Below are positions 1-13,141 of a stretch of DNA of 64,000 bases, in pieces (positions within the stretch are counted from its first letter, which is position 1; each line of letters begins with the position of its first letter). A program made the translations under genes and the position numbers. The notes under the pieces were generated by a model, which did no database searches, was not told where the DNA came from, and saw nothing but the letters and a program-made list of their open reading frames with translations. Source of the stretch: Phyllobates terribilis (lineage: Eukaryota); assembly GCF_046119375.1 (NCBI RefSeq), contig NW_027362761.1, forward strand, positions 485,584,001 through 485,648,000, written 5' to 3'.

Positions 1-215
1 TCATTCTCCATATATTCTACTCCATTCATTCTCTATATACTTCACTCCATTCATTCTCTATATACTCTATTCCATTCATTCTCCATATATTCTACTCCAT
101 TCATTCTCCATATACTCTACTCCATTCATTCTCCATATATTCTACTCCATTCATTCTCCATATACTCTACTCCATTAATTCTCTATATACTCTACTCCAT
201 TCATTCTCTATATTC
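1..215. repeat. 25-bp minisatellite (unit ~TCATTCTCCATATATTCTACTCCAT), about 8 copies, truncated by the window start
   Basis: Direct tandem repetition visible in the first four sequence lines. Confidence 0.95.
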
Positions 216-273
216 ATCTGTATACAGCTGTCACTAGTAATCACATAAGAGTATGAATTAACAGGAAGTTCAC

Positions 274-576
274 CAGGCTTGATCCCATCTTCATTCAGAT
301 GGGGCTCTGCAGTACCCCGCACTCAACATCAGTGTGGCTCACAGCGGTCCGACCCCCAGCAATCAGAAGGTTACCCAATGGGGAGGATATAACTTCCAAA
401 CTTGGTACAAACCCTTTAATTTGTGATCCTACTCTATCCCCAAAATAACTAACTATATCATATATTACTGCAATGTTCATTTCACGTCATTGGGATAAAG
501 TATTGCCCGATGTGCCCCTCTGACCTAAAGCTCTGATGTATGCTAAAGTTTAGGTATAAAAGAACACTTTGTTATA
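274..576 (-). pseudogene. Putative pseudo-exon 6 of a decayed DUF4071/ASK-like gene
   Basis: Strong acceptor tttgttttattttcag at 577-592. Phase-0 frame YNKVFFYT*TLAYIRALGQRGTSGNTLSQ*REMNIAVIYD...KGFVPSLEVISSPLGNLLIAGG...SPI*MKMGSSL. Length 303 nt; weak donor GTGAAC. Confidence 0.5.
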
Positions 577-1839
577 CTGAAAATAAAACAAACGTATAGA
601 AGCCAAAAGGATATTCCAGGCTCAAATGTGTTGTGAACAGACCCTATTTTAAGTGAGTTTCCCCCTTAAAATAATCACGTATCTAGTGCAAGCACAAGCA
701 TATATATTCCAAGCACGTGCGCACCGTAGATATGACGTAGATAGGCTGTTGAGTCAGGCTAATACAGACATTGAAGGCAAAGAGCTTTAGCACCCAATTC
801 CTTAGTGCATTTACTTCTGTTTTTTTATTGCTTTGCGCCTTTTTCTCTTTTTTTGCAATATATTATTTATCTTTACATTTGTGCCTTTATTAAACTCACT
901 TTGTTATGTCTTTACGTCTTTTTTTTTGGTTTGTTTTTTTAGATTGCCACAGTTGGCAGAGTTTAGTGTTTCCAGATAATTATGCCTGAGTTGACATTTG
1001 CGAAAAGTCTCAAAAATTGGCACAAATGTACTCCAGTAACCCCTGACTGTACTATGGTGCAATTTTGCAACATTTTATCGGAACATGTGACTGTGCTAAA
1101 AAGTTGCAAAACAGATTAAAGACAGAATTAGGGCAAAATTCACAAACTGCTTGCTGCAATTTGATAAATTTGGTGCAAAAAAATGTCAGCGAATACCAAA
1201 GACAAACAAAGAAAAGTCATTTAAAAAAAACAAATCGCAAATGACGAATAAAGTCTAATTACAATAAAGTAATCAGTACAACTTACATATGATACATACT
1301 GTCAGCTAGCGGCTGTCCGATGTTTGTTTTCCATTGTGGCACCAGGTTGTGAGTGACAGCATGACACTATATAAACATAGGACAGCATGGCCATCCAAGC
1401 TGTACTGTCTGGACTTACCAAATCCTGTCAAGAACCATCAGAACTATCGTTAGATGGCGAAACACTTTGGGAATTAGTAGGTAGGAACAAAGGGATAACT
1501 TCCGGACTGCCGGGACCTCCCACCAATTTTGAGAACTGGGGCTCTGAAGAACTCTGTGTGAATGGAGCGGTGGTCAATCATGCACTCTGCTGCTCTATTC
1601 ATTCCTAATGGGACAGACAGAGATAGCCAAGCACTGTGCTCAGGCAGTCTTCAGCACTTCCATGAGAATGAATGGACTTACAGATGCGCATGATCAACCT
1701 CTACTAAATTCATACTGAGTTTTTCAGGGCCCCGGTTCTCGGGATCAGAGCAGTCGGACCCCCAGACATTAAGAAGTTATCTCCTATCACATAGATACGG
1801 GATCACTTCTAAGTGAGAATGCCCCTTTACTCCAATGGA

Positions 1840-2230
1840 CTACAAACAAGAGAGACGTAACATCCTGGACAGCCATACACAGCAAACACGATGGATCACA
1901 TGTAAGTTAGTTGTCATTGTTGATATTTGATTTCTTCCTCTCTTTGCTCTCAATGTCCGGTAGCCTGACTCAACAGCGTCACAACAGCTTGCAAGGATTG
2001 TAGTGCTGCCCGAAACCAAGTAGTGTGAACTTTGTTTAGCACATTGTCTCCCATCAGACATACTATAGATCCAAAAATTAAACTCTAGAGACAGGACTAC
2101 TATTGGTAAACCATAAATCAACTTCACTGTTATTTAAATAATGAGTAAAGTCTGGCACAACCAACACACGACCAAACAAAAAGTATGTCGTCTACGTAGC
2201 AGCCGTACACATGCTTGGAATATATATTCC
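1840..2230 (-). mobile_element. Penelope-like (PLE) retroelement RT remnant
   Basis: Minus-strand YVDDILFVW motif and downstream FL(D)-type block; diverged direct repeat of 3350-3530. Confidence 0.65.
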
Positions 2231-3329
2231 TGTACATTGATCCCTTGTTTGTCGTTGATTGAAAAATAGGAGAAGCAGCACATCCATATTCCTTAATAGA
2301 AATCTTCTTTATTAAATGTCCATACTAAAATGCATAGCACTAATCCTCCACATGATGAGCTCACTTATGCGTTTCTGGACTTACTGCACCTTTAATCTTA
2401 GTGTAAAGGCATGGTCTCATGGGAAAAACACTTAAAACCGAAACAACCAATCATGAGCGAATATACATAAATATAAAATAATAATAAACCATCATATACA
2501 ATGTACATTGGCTATTGCTACCACATTAATAAACGAACGACATACTTAGAATTCATGCCAATTAATTTAAGGACCCAAAATGCCTCTCAATAATACATGT
2601 CTCTGACAATTTTCACCTCTTAACGTTCGATTAACTCTCCCAATACCATAGAAAACAAGACATTCTATGTTTGCATTGTGTAGCCCCAAAAACTGCTCCA
2701 GAATAAGTGATATTTTTCTTAGAAATGTTGGATAAATGTTCACAAGTTAATTTTTTGCTACCTTCCCACTACCCACTATACAATACACCGCATGATCGCA
2801 ACTGATTAAACATTTTATCTCGCTATCCGCACCGTGCGGCAAATATATTGTTTTTTGTCTTTTCGGCCATGAAACAAACACGGCATCTACTATTACAGCA
2901 TTTGTAGAAACCTTTAGAACTTAACCATGTAGTGCTCGTATTTTCCTCTATATACTATATAAACCAGGTGCTAGATAATTACCTTGGGTTTTACCTTTTA
3001 TTCGTAACAAACTGACAACGTATATCGGTAATGTTTCTTAAAATGGGATATTAATTGTATTTGACAGATTTTGTTATATTGACAACTGAATGATGACTAA
3101 AACCTAGTTTATTTGCATGATGTTTGTTAGATTTGTGTCCATACGTTAATGAGTGTCTAGATTTACTTTGCACTTTATCTATTTCACTGTCAATGAATTT
3201 ATTATTATACCATCTAAAAGCTTTTAATTGTATTTGCCTCTTATGTAAAACCGTAATGTCTGAACAGATATGTAAGAGATAGATCTAATTGTGTGTTGGG
3301 TGATAGCTGTTTGCATGGAGTGTAGTGTT

Positions 3330-4960
3330 GCCTGAAACTTTTTTCCTAAAACATAGTGTGAACTTTGTTTAGCACATTGTCCCCCCTCTAGACAGAGATC
3401 CAAAAATTTTACTTGGAAAACAGTACTACTATTGGTCAATTAATATAATTGTCATTTAAATAATGAATAAAGTCAGTCATTATAGCCAAATCACGACCAA
3501 ACAAAAAGTATGTCATCTATGTACCGGCCGTCCCAAACTAGATGGTGGGCAAAGTGATTATTGATGTAGAAAATATGTCTCTCCTCACACCATCCAACAA
3601 ATACAATTGCTAACATAGGTGGAAAGCGTGATCCCATTGGGGCTTCCTCAATTTTACAAAAAAAAATCATTATTAAACATAAAAAAATTTATGCAATAAA
3701 TAGTCAGCATCAGTAGCCATTAATAAGAATTCTTTTAGTTCCTGAGAATATGAATTGTAATTATTAAGAAGATGTTGTAGTGCAATTAATGCTTTATTAT
3801 TCGGAAGACAAGAATAGAAATTTACCATATGACATATTATGAAAGATTAATCAAAAAGTAATTTAAAGTTGCCCATGGATTTAAGAACAGATGTACGTTC
3901 CTTGCAAAGTACTGTTAATCTGTATACTAGTGGTTGTGGATGGTTGAGGGACCCAGTGATGGGTGGTATGGATGGAGGTGTATTTTAGGTAGATACTGAC
4001 AGTAGATCTATGAATGAAAGCTTCACAGGCTTTTTATCCATATAACCCACAAATTTACTCCTTCTTTCAAAATTTTGGTTAATATTTCTGAAAATGGTGC
4101 TGTGGGATCAGACAACAATCTTTGGTAANNNNNNNNNNNNNNNNNNNNNNNNNNNNNNNNNNNNNNNNNNNNNNNNNNNNNNNNNNNNNNNNNNNNNNNN
4201 NNNNNNNNNNNNNNNNNNNNNNNNNNNNNNNNNNNNNNNNNNNNNNNNNNNNNNNNNNNNNNNNNNTACACCCTGCCTGTCCAAATTTACAGATAACTAA
4301 ACTATGATTTTATTCTTTAGCTCAAAAATGGCACTATATTGTTTTTTCGTTATTAAATTTGTGGAGATATCACGATGCTATGCAATAAGATCCTTTCCTA
4401 ATTTCTATAATATCTTGACGTAAATGATCCTCACACGGTACCTTCCATTATATATTCATTTTTCAGTTGAGAGTGTGACAATAATGCTTGTCGTTCTGCA
4501 AAAGACACACTTAACTTATCAAAGGTGCGGTCGTGACAGATTTGTGTGATCACCTTCTACATCACAAGCATCTTTCTCAATCAAAAAAAGTATCTTTTTA
4601 CTATAAGGTAATAAGCTTGCTCACATCAAGTATGGAGTGGAGAAGATCGAAGTCTCAGTCCGGGACAACGTTCAGCCCCTTGACTAGGACCTCGATCTGC
4701 TCCACAGACAAGACAGTGGGTGTTTTTCCAATCCTACAAGTTGAAGGTCCACTATGGGATTGGCACCCATCTCTCTTTTGAACTGTTATACTAAAGAGTT
4801 TTTTGAAAACATTACAGACATGGTAAACCCAATTTTTTATCTGTTCCTTATATCTAATGATATAGTTTTTTATATGTATTTTCGTTTCCTTTGTGACTAT
4901 ACTGGAATACAAGAAACACAGATAATAGAAATGCAAGCCAATATGTAAAAAAAACATAAT
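3330..4960 (-). mobile_element. Decayed Penelope-like element spanning an assembly gap
   Basis: Minus-strand peptides LSVEQIEVLVKGLNVVPD (PLE ORF N-terminus), PMGSRFPPMLAIVFVGWCEERHIF and KFLDLCLEG (PLE RT motifs). Confidence 0.7.
4129..4266. other. Assembly gap (138 N)
   Basis: Run of N. Confidence 1.
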
Positions 4961-5716
4961 ACCAGTAATTTTATTGATTGTATTAAACAGTTACTACGAG
5001 TCCCCGATTCTTTATTACTTACCTGTGACGTCTCATCTCTATTAGGTATGTTAACCTTTTCTTACTGTTTTTTATTCTGGTTTTTTTTTTATACATTGGC
5101 TTGCATTTCTATTATCGGTGTTTGTTTCTTCTTTTCAGTGCGTTTAGCTTACTATATGGATTGTGACTACAGATGTTTCTTTTTTTATACTGGAATACAA
5201 TATCACAAACTTGATTGACTAAATCTTTAATGTCAAATATCTTTTATGCCTATATTCTTCGTGATAAGTGCCCTGGAAAAGAGGCTAAAGGTGTTACACT
5301 ATTCAAGAAGAAACGAAAACCTTACAGTTTCATAGTTATTAAGATTGAAGGTAAACTTATGTCCATCGAGCTCAACCTATAGCCTAACACGTGGATCCAG
5401 AGGAAGGCAAAAATCCCATGGGGCAAACATTAATAGCTGCATATTAGGGGAAAAGTTCCTTCCCGACTCCACATACAACAATCAGACTAGTTCCCATCAC
5501 AGAATCTCGTGTTCACAACCTGAAATATTATATTTTTCAAGAAAGGCGTCTAGTGTGAACAAGAACAGCTAAATAACTACTTAAAAAGCAAGTAGTGTCC
5601 AATGAAAACAAATTAATGCTGTAACTAATTAAATACAATTACTATTCCTAATGATCTGTTACACAGGCATCTACAATGCATCCAGAAGAGTCCATGAAGT
5701 TATTTACTGTACTTAC

Positions 5717-5867
5717 AGATAAAGCCTTGGCGCCTCTGTTATATGCAGCGTATGTGGCATATCACAGGGATATTACAGCCAGCTGAACCTGAATGCTGTC
5801 TTTTATCAAGTTCCCCTTGCGCAATCTGCTGAGCTCCTCCCGGATTTTCTCCTTCTCTCCTTTCCTT
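5717..5867 (-). pseudogene. Putative pseudo-exon 5 (151 nt, phase 2 to 0)
   Basis: Acceptor ccttctctttctctag and donor GTAAGT; RKGEKEKIREELSRLRKGNLIKDSIQVQLAVISL*YATYAAYNRGAKALS. Confidence 0.6.
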
Positions 5868-6240
5868 CTAGAGAAAGAGAAGGCATTCAGAATCGTGTTT
5901 AGTGGCTGCCCCAGCAACCACGATGTGTTCTCACTTCTAGTAAATGCTCTTAAGCAGTCATGCCGTCTTCATATTGGAAGCCCTTTGGATGCCAGTCATT
6001 TATTGGTTGGTTTCCTTCTGTCTCATAATCTGGACTTTGACTTGTGTTGAATAGCTACTCAAGGCTGCAATGAAGTGCTACCACTCAGCTATCATACAAC
6101 CACAATGATTGTAGATTGCAAAAAAAGCAAAAACAGGAGCAAAGTTGAATTGGTCACAAAAAAATCTATCATGGTTTGTCCTCAGTCATAAGCCAGAGTA
6201 TAAGAACATTTCTTGTTTCAAAGGACCTAATTCATCCATA

Positions 6241-7422
6241 CAATGCCTTTTCCACATTTTTTCACGTTACAGCCACAAACTTAAATGTATTTTATTGGGA
6301 TTTTATGTGATATACCAACACAAAAGTATTTGTAAAGTGCAAAAGAAATGATCCATGGTTTTCTAATTATTTTAGAATTCTAAATCTGAAAATTGTGATG
6401 TGTATTTGTATTCAGCCCCCTGTAGTCTGATACCCCCAAATAAAATCCTGAATGACCAATTGCCTCCAGAAGTCACATAATTAGTACCTGTGTGAAAATA
6501 ATTATCAGTATAACTACAGCTGTTCTCTAAAGACATCCAGAGGTTTGCTTGAGAACATTAGGGATCAAACAGCATCGTAAAAACCAAGGAACTCACCAGA
6601 CAGGTTGGGCATAAAGTTTTGGAGATGGGTAACGCAGGGTTAGGTTATAACAAAAGAGCCCAAGTTCTAAACATCTCATGGAGCATATGGCACAACTCCA
6701 AACCCTCAACACATGGCCGTCCACCTAAATGGTCATCTCAAGCAAGGAGATCACTAATTAGAGAGGCAGCCAAGAGGCCCATGGTCACTCTGGAGAAGCT
6801 GGAGAGATCTACAGCTCAGGTGGAAGAATCTGTCCACATGACAACTATTAATCGTATACTCCACAAATCTGGCCTTTATGGAAAAGTGTCAAGAAGAAAG
6901 ACATTTTTTAAAGCAAGCCAAAGGTGAAGACACAGGAGTGTGATTATAAGACTGGGCGTAGGGACCTTACATTGGAAGCACCACTCCAGTGCTGAACCTC
7001 CTCCCTCCCCTGCTGGAGTGGTGCTTTAAGAAGATGCAGCAATACTTAAAAATTGCTATTCACAGACACTCTTCATCCAATCTCACTGAGCTAGAGCTAG
7101 AAGGCAAAGAAGAATGGGCAAAAATTACAGCCTCTAGATGTGAACAGCTGGTAGAGACACCCTAAAAGACTTGCAGCAGAAATTGCAAGAAAGGTGATCC
7201 TACAAAGTAGTGACTCCTGGGGGCTGAATACAAATGCTCGTCACAGTTTTCAGATTTATATTTTTTAAATATTTAGAAAACAGAGTATCATTTCCTTTAC
7301 ACTTCACAAACACTTGCTACTTTGTATTGGTGTGTCACATAAATCCTAACAAAATACATTTGTGTGTAACGTGAAAAAATGTGAGAAAGTTCACGGGGTA
7401 TGAATACTTTGTCAAGGCACTG
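6241..7422 (+). mobile_element. Internally deleted, degenerate Tc1 element
   Basis: Right end ...GAATACTTTGTCAAGGCACTG|TA; remnant HTH ORF 6619-6927 (GRPPKWSSQARRSLIREAAKRPMVTL). Confidence 0.85.
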
Positions 7423-7732
7423 TACATTAAAACATGTGACGGGTTTCCTAGCAAGCAGAAAAGTTCTTACAAACTCTTTTCTATGGAGCTTGTAAGCTCT
7501 GCTCAAATGCACCTTTGCACTTCCAATGCTCCAGAGGCAAATATCCAATTGCAGCATAGGAGAGCATATAATTTAGTCCACAGGAGCAACCATAATGCTG
7601 GACCAAAGTGTCAATCAGGAGAATCTTAACTTCAGACAAACCCTTTAAAGATTTTGTGTGTTGTTCCATCAGCCCAGCATATCACAACTCCCTTAAACTG
7701 GAAAAGAAAGAGCCACATTCATAGATGCTCAC

Positions 7733-7806
7733 CTGTAACTCATGTATTCCTTTCTGAAGTGCCAAATTCCCTTAAAAAGATTTTCAATTTTGTGCAAAGA
7801 CATGGA
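7733..7806 (-). pseudogene. Putative pseudo-exon 4 (74 nt, phase 0 to 2)
   Basis: Acceptor cttcattcttactctttaag and donor CAG|GTGAGC; open frame SMSLHKIENLFKGIWHFRKEYMSYR. Confidence 0.6.
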
Positions 7807-8438
7807 CTTAAAGAGTAAGAATGAAGAGGGACTAAGCGAAGGGACCCCCATCATTCTCTACCCTTCCCACTTGAACGACCACCTTAACTAGGATTTAGTT
7901 TCGAACTATTTCATACAATTGTATTTGGGTTATGGAAAAGGCAGAAAACTCACTTGTCTATTTCCAAATATTCTCTACAGTGTATTGTATATGGTGTAAT
8001 ACAGTATTCCCCATCTCAAGTCCAACCAACAGATCATGTTTTCAGGACTTCCTAAGTATTACTCAAGTGACAATTCCATCCAAAGAAATCCTGAAAACAT
8101 GACCTGTTGGTGGCTTTTAAGGACTGCAGTTGGTGCACCCTGTGTGAATACTTTTATATTTACCCCCAGTGACAATGGCTTCGATTACTAACAAATCCCC
8201 ATCTGCAGAGGTTATCATACGTGTCTTTACACTTGTACTGATCTCCTACCATGCTTATGGAAATAATTTAAAGTCCCTTGCACTCCTTCAGGAGCAAACA
8301 TTCTGCCTTCTACCTCCAGACATCTCATCTTCCTTGTAGATTTAGTCCACAACTCATACTCTACATCTCAGCTGTCAACTTTGTTATGTAAGGCAATTTT
8401 TTTTGTATTATTTCCTTTCCTTAGTAATGACCTGTTGG

Positions 8439-8440
<2 letters not shown>

Positions 8441-8506
<66 letters not shown>
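8441..8506. repeat. (TA)n microsatellite
   Basis: Direct reading. Confidence 0.98.
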
Positions 8507-8509
<3 letters not shown>

Positions 8510-9273
8510 TCATAGCAATGTCAGTAGGAGAGGGATCCAGGGACCAACAATATTCCTTAATGCATGAACATACTTGGATGTTTTCGTCAGATACATACAA
8601 AGAAAATGAAGTGGTAGGGAGATTTCTTGGCTCAGCATCCCCATTATAGTGATTATTGGGGGTCCAGTAATCAGATCCTATGGATAGGTGATAATGGTCC
8701 ATTGTGCAACAACCAGTTTTAATTTTTTTCTCAATCTGGTGGTATATACACAAGGTATGCCATAAATATCTGATAGATGCAGGTCCTGAGGATGCAACCC
8801 ACATCACTCCATTCATTTGTATGGAAGTTCTGCAAATTTAGGTTGGTGGAGACCTCTGGAAAAAAAAATATTGGGAACGCATCATCCCACTTTTATAACC
8901 CACCTGGCTCCTTTAGAAAACAGAAATCCACCTACATACATGCATTTCCACCTATTGTAAACTGGACAGAATTGAACAATAAAAGAAGGAATCCAGGGTT
9001 TTTGTGACATATTCCTTTTTCACCTGTATTCCCATTGTGGTGTTTTAATGGATTTCTAATAAATTAGTGCTTTGATACGAAGATCCTTTGACGCTGGCTA
9101 TCCCTCCATTTTTTCCTGAGAATTGAACAATGGATTAGGGAATCCCATTTTCCTGACATGTGGGGTTGCCACAGGGTGAACAGAGCCTACACCCAAATTA
9201 CGTACTGTATGAAATAAAATCTGTTATGTAATATTCCCGAGAACAAACAGTTCGTCATGTTCAATACACTTAC

Positions 9274-9323
9274 AGTCTTCTATGATTGCACTCTCCAGAA
9301 TGAGGATGTAATAATGCAAGGAT
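9274..9323 (-). pseudogene. Putative pseudo-exon 3 (50 nt, phase 1 to 0)
   Basis: Acceptor gtatctgttag and donor GTAAGT; DPCIITSSFWRVQS*KT. Confidence 0.5.
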
Positions 9324-9432
9324 CTAACAGATACATGTTACATTGACGTTTATTAGCAACAACATCACCAAGACACTAGAATTAGTGATCAGAATAAACA
9401 ATATCATCCACCCGCAGAGGATAATGGCTTAC

Positions 9433-9788
9433 CAGCGTGAGAATAGGATTTCGGTTAAGGTTTACTGCACGTCCCAAATAAATCCAGCACACCTGTACAA
9501 ACCCCTGTAGTCACAATTACCACTTTATCAGCCTTTGTTTCCTGTGTTGAGTTACTGTTGTTGCAAGTATTTATCAATGCTTCAGTGACCAAGTACAGAC
9601 TCAAAGAATGAGAAGAAGTGGTGTGTTCCTACACGTGATCCACAGCCGTAAGGACGTCTACTGCATCCTCCTCTCCAGCAAAGGCAAATACAATATGTAA
9701 CCGTTTCATTCAGATTTCTCGTTTCTCGCAAAATGTGTCCACAAAACGGAATGAAAAGCAAACACCATATCAGTGGATCTTATCACAA
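9433..9788 (-). pseudogene. Putative pseudo-exon 2 (356 nt, phase 2 to 1)
   Basis: Acceptor cttttgcatctttttgccag and donor CTG|GTAAGC; includes MKRLHIVFAFAGEEDAVDVLTAVDHV*EH...ETKADKVVIVTTG; 4 in-frame stops. Confidence 0.45.
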
Positions 9789-10489
9789 CTGGCAAAAAGA
9801 TGCAAAAGGATATTCTAGGCAAACTACCTGTACTTAGGTAGCTAGATTATTGCAGCTTTGGATTCAGAAGACTAATTAATGACTGGTTTTTCCATGTTGA
9901 AGGCATGCGCACAACCCCAAACTTTTACAGAAGCGAAAGAAGGGAACATTTTTTTGGTCACACACCTTAGACACACTCATTAACTATGACACACACTCTT
10001 TTTCCACAGGAAATTGATCCCCAAAAAAAGAATTTATACGAGTATATTGTTGGACCGTAAAATAAACTTTATTATATCAAAAAATGAATTAAAAACTGTA
10101 AAATACAGTGCTTCACAGAAAGAGCGGGCAAAAAACTAACTAACATGCAGAAAAAATTAATAGGAAAATACCTTATCAAAAAAAGTAGAATATATGATAT
10201 GAAAAAGACGTGATCCTAATAGGTTGTTCAATAATCCCAAATAAGAGTTGTACTACTACAATAGCCTATAGGATGGAAACAAACCCAACTTGTGGTTGAC
10301 TCACATGTTATGTGCACATAATAAAGAATGTATTGAAAATTACCACCTGTATAAATACAGGAATAGATGAGCATAGACTGACATGTTTAGAAAATAAGTA
10401 ACTGTCAATCAGAGGCACTTATGCACAAAAATGTCAAATATATAGATGAATAAATAAATGCTGAAAGGTTTTACCTTAATAAAGTCCTA

Positions 10490-11070
10490 TGTGCAAAAGC
10501 CCACCCGTCACCCCCACATCGTGTGGAATACTGCTCTAGAGGACCTCCACATTGATGGAGGCCAAGATTGTGCCCTCCTCCACATGGATACCCTAAAGTT
10601 GGGTCAACAGGTGCAGTGTACCATGGGTACATGAGGGTAGAGACGTCACGAATGGGCGCAACACTTGATCAATGTAGATACCAACGTTTTGTGACATGGA
10701 GTCAATGCCAGCGACTATAGGACGACCCTAAGGGGGGGGTCAAGCCCTTATGGACCTTGGGCAAGGCATAGAAGGTAGGTGTCACTGGTGAGTCCGGCAC
10801 AAGATATTTTAATTCGTTATTAGATATTAAACCCTTATCCCTGCCGTCCTCTAAGATCTTTTCATAGATTCTCTTCATAGAATATGTATCACTATCACTC
10901 ACTATTGCCCAACACATTGTCAGATATTTTTTGTGGTCTAGGACCAAATTTCCTCCCTTGTCTGATGCCTTTATTATAAGGTCCTTATTACTCTCTAGCT
11001 TAGATAGAGCCTTTATCTCATTTTTGGACAGGTTAGATTGATAATCCGGAGGTTGTTTAGTGAACATTCA
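10490..11070 (-). mobile_element. Penelope-like RT fragment
   Basis: IKASDKGGN, TFYALPKVHK and downstream DQVLRPFVTSLPS / NVEVL*SSIPH motifs typical of PLE RT. Confidence 0.85.
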
Positions 11071-11366
11071 CAGTCCGCGTCCCACGGAGGAGCGCGGACG
11101 TCACTTCCGGCCGCACATGACGCATGCGTGATACTTATACTACCATTGGAGCATTCAGGTGACCTGTATTCTGGAACCGACGTCACTGGACATGTGCAAC
11201 AGGGATTTACAGACAACCTCTAGTGCTCGAGATTTAGGGCATGCGCAATACCAATAGTGGGACAGGAGACCTCTACACATACCAGGGCACTCTTTAGGGA
11301 GGGGCTGTAGGGTTTTTCTTTGACCTTAACAGGGAACATATTTAAACATGGGTTCTGATCATTGTA

Positions 11367-13030
11367 CAACCCCTGGCAAAAATTATGGAATCACCGGGCT
11401 CGGAGGATGTTCATTCAGTTGTTTAATGTTGTTGAAAAAAAGCAGATCACAGACATGGCACAAAACTAAAGTCATTTCAAATGGCAACTTTAGGGCTTTA
11501 AGAAACACTAAAAGAAATCAAGATAAGAAATGTGGTACTCAGCAAGGGTGATTTTTTTCGGACCAAGCAGAGGGAAAAAATTATGGAATCATGAAAAACA
11601 AACACACAAAAGAACACTCCAATACATCACTAGTATTTTGTTGCACCACCTCTGGCTTTAATAACAGCTTGCAGTTTCTGAGGCATGGACTTAATGAGTG
11701 ACAAACAGTACTCTTCATCAATCTGGCTCCAACTTTCTCTGATTGCTGTTGCCAGATCAGCTTTGCAGGTTGGAGCCTTGTCATGGACCATTTTCTTCAA
11801 CTTCCACCAAAGATTTTCAATTGGATTGAGATCCGGACTATTTGCAGGCTATGACATTGACCTTATGTGTCTTCTTTCAAGGAATGTTTTCACAGTTTTT
11901 GCTCTATGGCAGGATACATTATCATCTTGAAAAATTATGTCATCATCCCCAAACATCCTTTAAATTATGGGAATAAGAAAACTGTCCAAAATATCAATGT
12001 AAACTTGGGCATTTATTGAATATGTAATGACAGCCATCTCCTCAGTGCCTTTACCTGACATGCAGCCCCATATCATCAATGACTGTGGAAATTTGCATGT
12101 TCTCTTCATGCAGTCATCTTTATAAATCTCATTGGAACGGCACCAAACAAAAGTTCCAGCATCATCACCTTGCCCAATGCAGATTCGCGATTCATCACTG
12201 AATATGACTTTCATCCAGTCATCCACAGTCCACGATTGCTTTTCCTTAGCCCATTGTAACCTTGTTTTTTTTCTGTTTAGGTGTTAATGAAGGCTTATGT
12301 TTAGCTTTTCTGTATGTAAATCCCATTTCCTTTAGGCGGTTTCTTACAGTTCGATCACAGACATTGACTTAAGTTTCCTCCCATTCGTTCCTCATTTGTT
12401 CTGTTGTGCATTTCCTGTTTTGGAGACATATTGCTTTAAGTTTCCGGTGTTGACGCTTTGATGTCTTCCTTGGTCTACCAGTATGTTTGCCTTTAACAAC
12501 CTTCCCATGTTGTTTGTATTTGGTCCAGATTTTAGACACAGCTGACTGAACAACCAACATCTTTTGCAACATTGCGTGATGATTTACTTTCTTTTAAGAG
12601 TTTGATAATCCTCTCCTTTGTTTCAATTGACATCTCTCGTGTTGGAGCCATTATTCATGTCAGTCCACTTGGAGCAACAGTTCTCCAAGGTGTGATCACT
12701 CCTTTTTAGATGCAGACTAACGAGCAAATCTAATTTGATGCAGGTGTTAGTTTTGGAAATTAAAATTTACAGGGTGATTCCGTAATTTTTTCCTCAAAAT
12801 TGAGTGATTCCATAATTTTTTCCCTCTGCTTGGCCTGAAAAAAATTACCCTCACTGAGTACCACATTTTTAATCTTGATTTCTTTTAGTGTTTCTTAAAG
12901 CCCTAAAGTTGCCATTTGAAATGACTTTAGTTTTGTGCCATGTCTGTGATCTGCTCTTTTTCAACAACATTAAAACAACTGAATGAACATCCTCCGAACC
13001 CGGTGATTCCATAATTTTTGCCAGGGGTTG
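11367..13030 (-). mobile_element. Full-length degenerate Tc1 (DD34E), 1664 bp, long TIRs, TA target duplication
   Basis: TA|CAACCCCTGGCAAAAATTATGG...CCATAATTTTTGCCAGGGGTTG|TA; FSDES and FQDDN...SPDLNPIE spaced 34, with stops and frameshifts. Confidence 0.93.
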
Positions 13031-13107
13031 TACTAGACCCTATCATTCTGCAACATGCATCATCATCATCATCATCATCATTTCTGTGCACAAACTCTTT
13101 TTGCTGG

Positions 13108-13141
13108 CCTCCTGATGAACCTGACGGGGAAACGCGTCAAG
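13108..13141 (+). ncRNA. Degenerate minimal hammerhead-ribozyme-like motif, probably PLE-derived
   Basis: CTGATGA (13112-13118), CC-TGAC-GG stem II, then GAAACGCGTC (13129-13138); stem I poorly paired. Confidence 0.4.

Noticed and set aside
5762-5764. In-frame TGA in the pseudo-exon as possible selenocysteine
   Set aside because: The same frame also has TAG and TAA stops, and no SECIS was recognised; decay is the simpler explanation.
8421-9200. 131-aa ORF and a faint L1-like C-terminal resemblance
   Set aside because: The ORF ends in a (TA)n-derived IY repeat, and the motifs are too weak to assign.
9790-9814. Alternative acceptor (9815) giving the open frame ISFCIFLPVVIRSTDMVFAF
   Set aside because: Weaker polypyrimidine tract, and it needs a frameshift to join the downstream frame; kept only as an alternative model.
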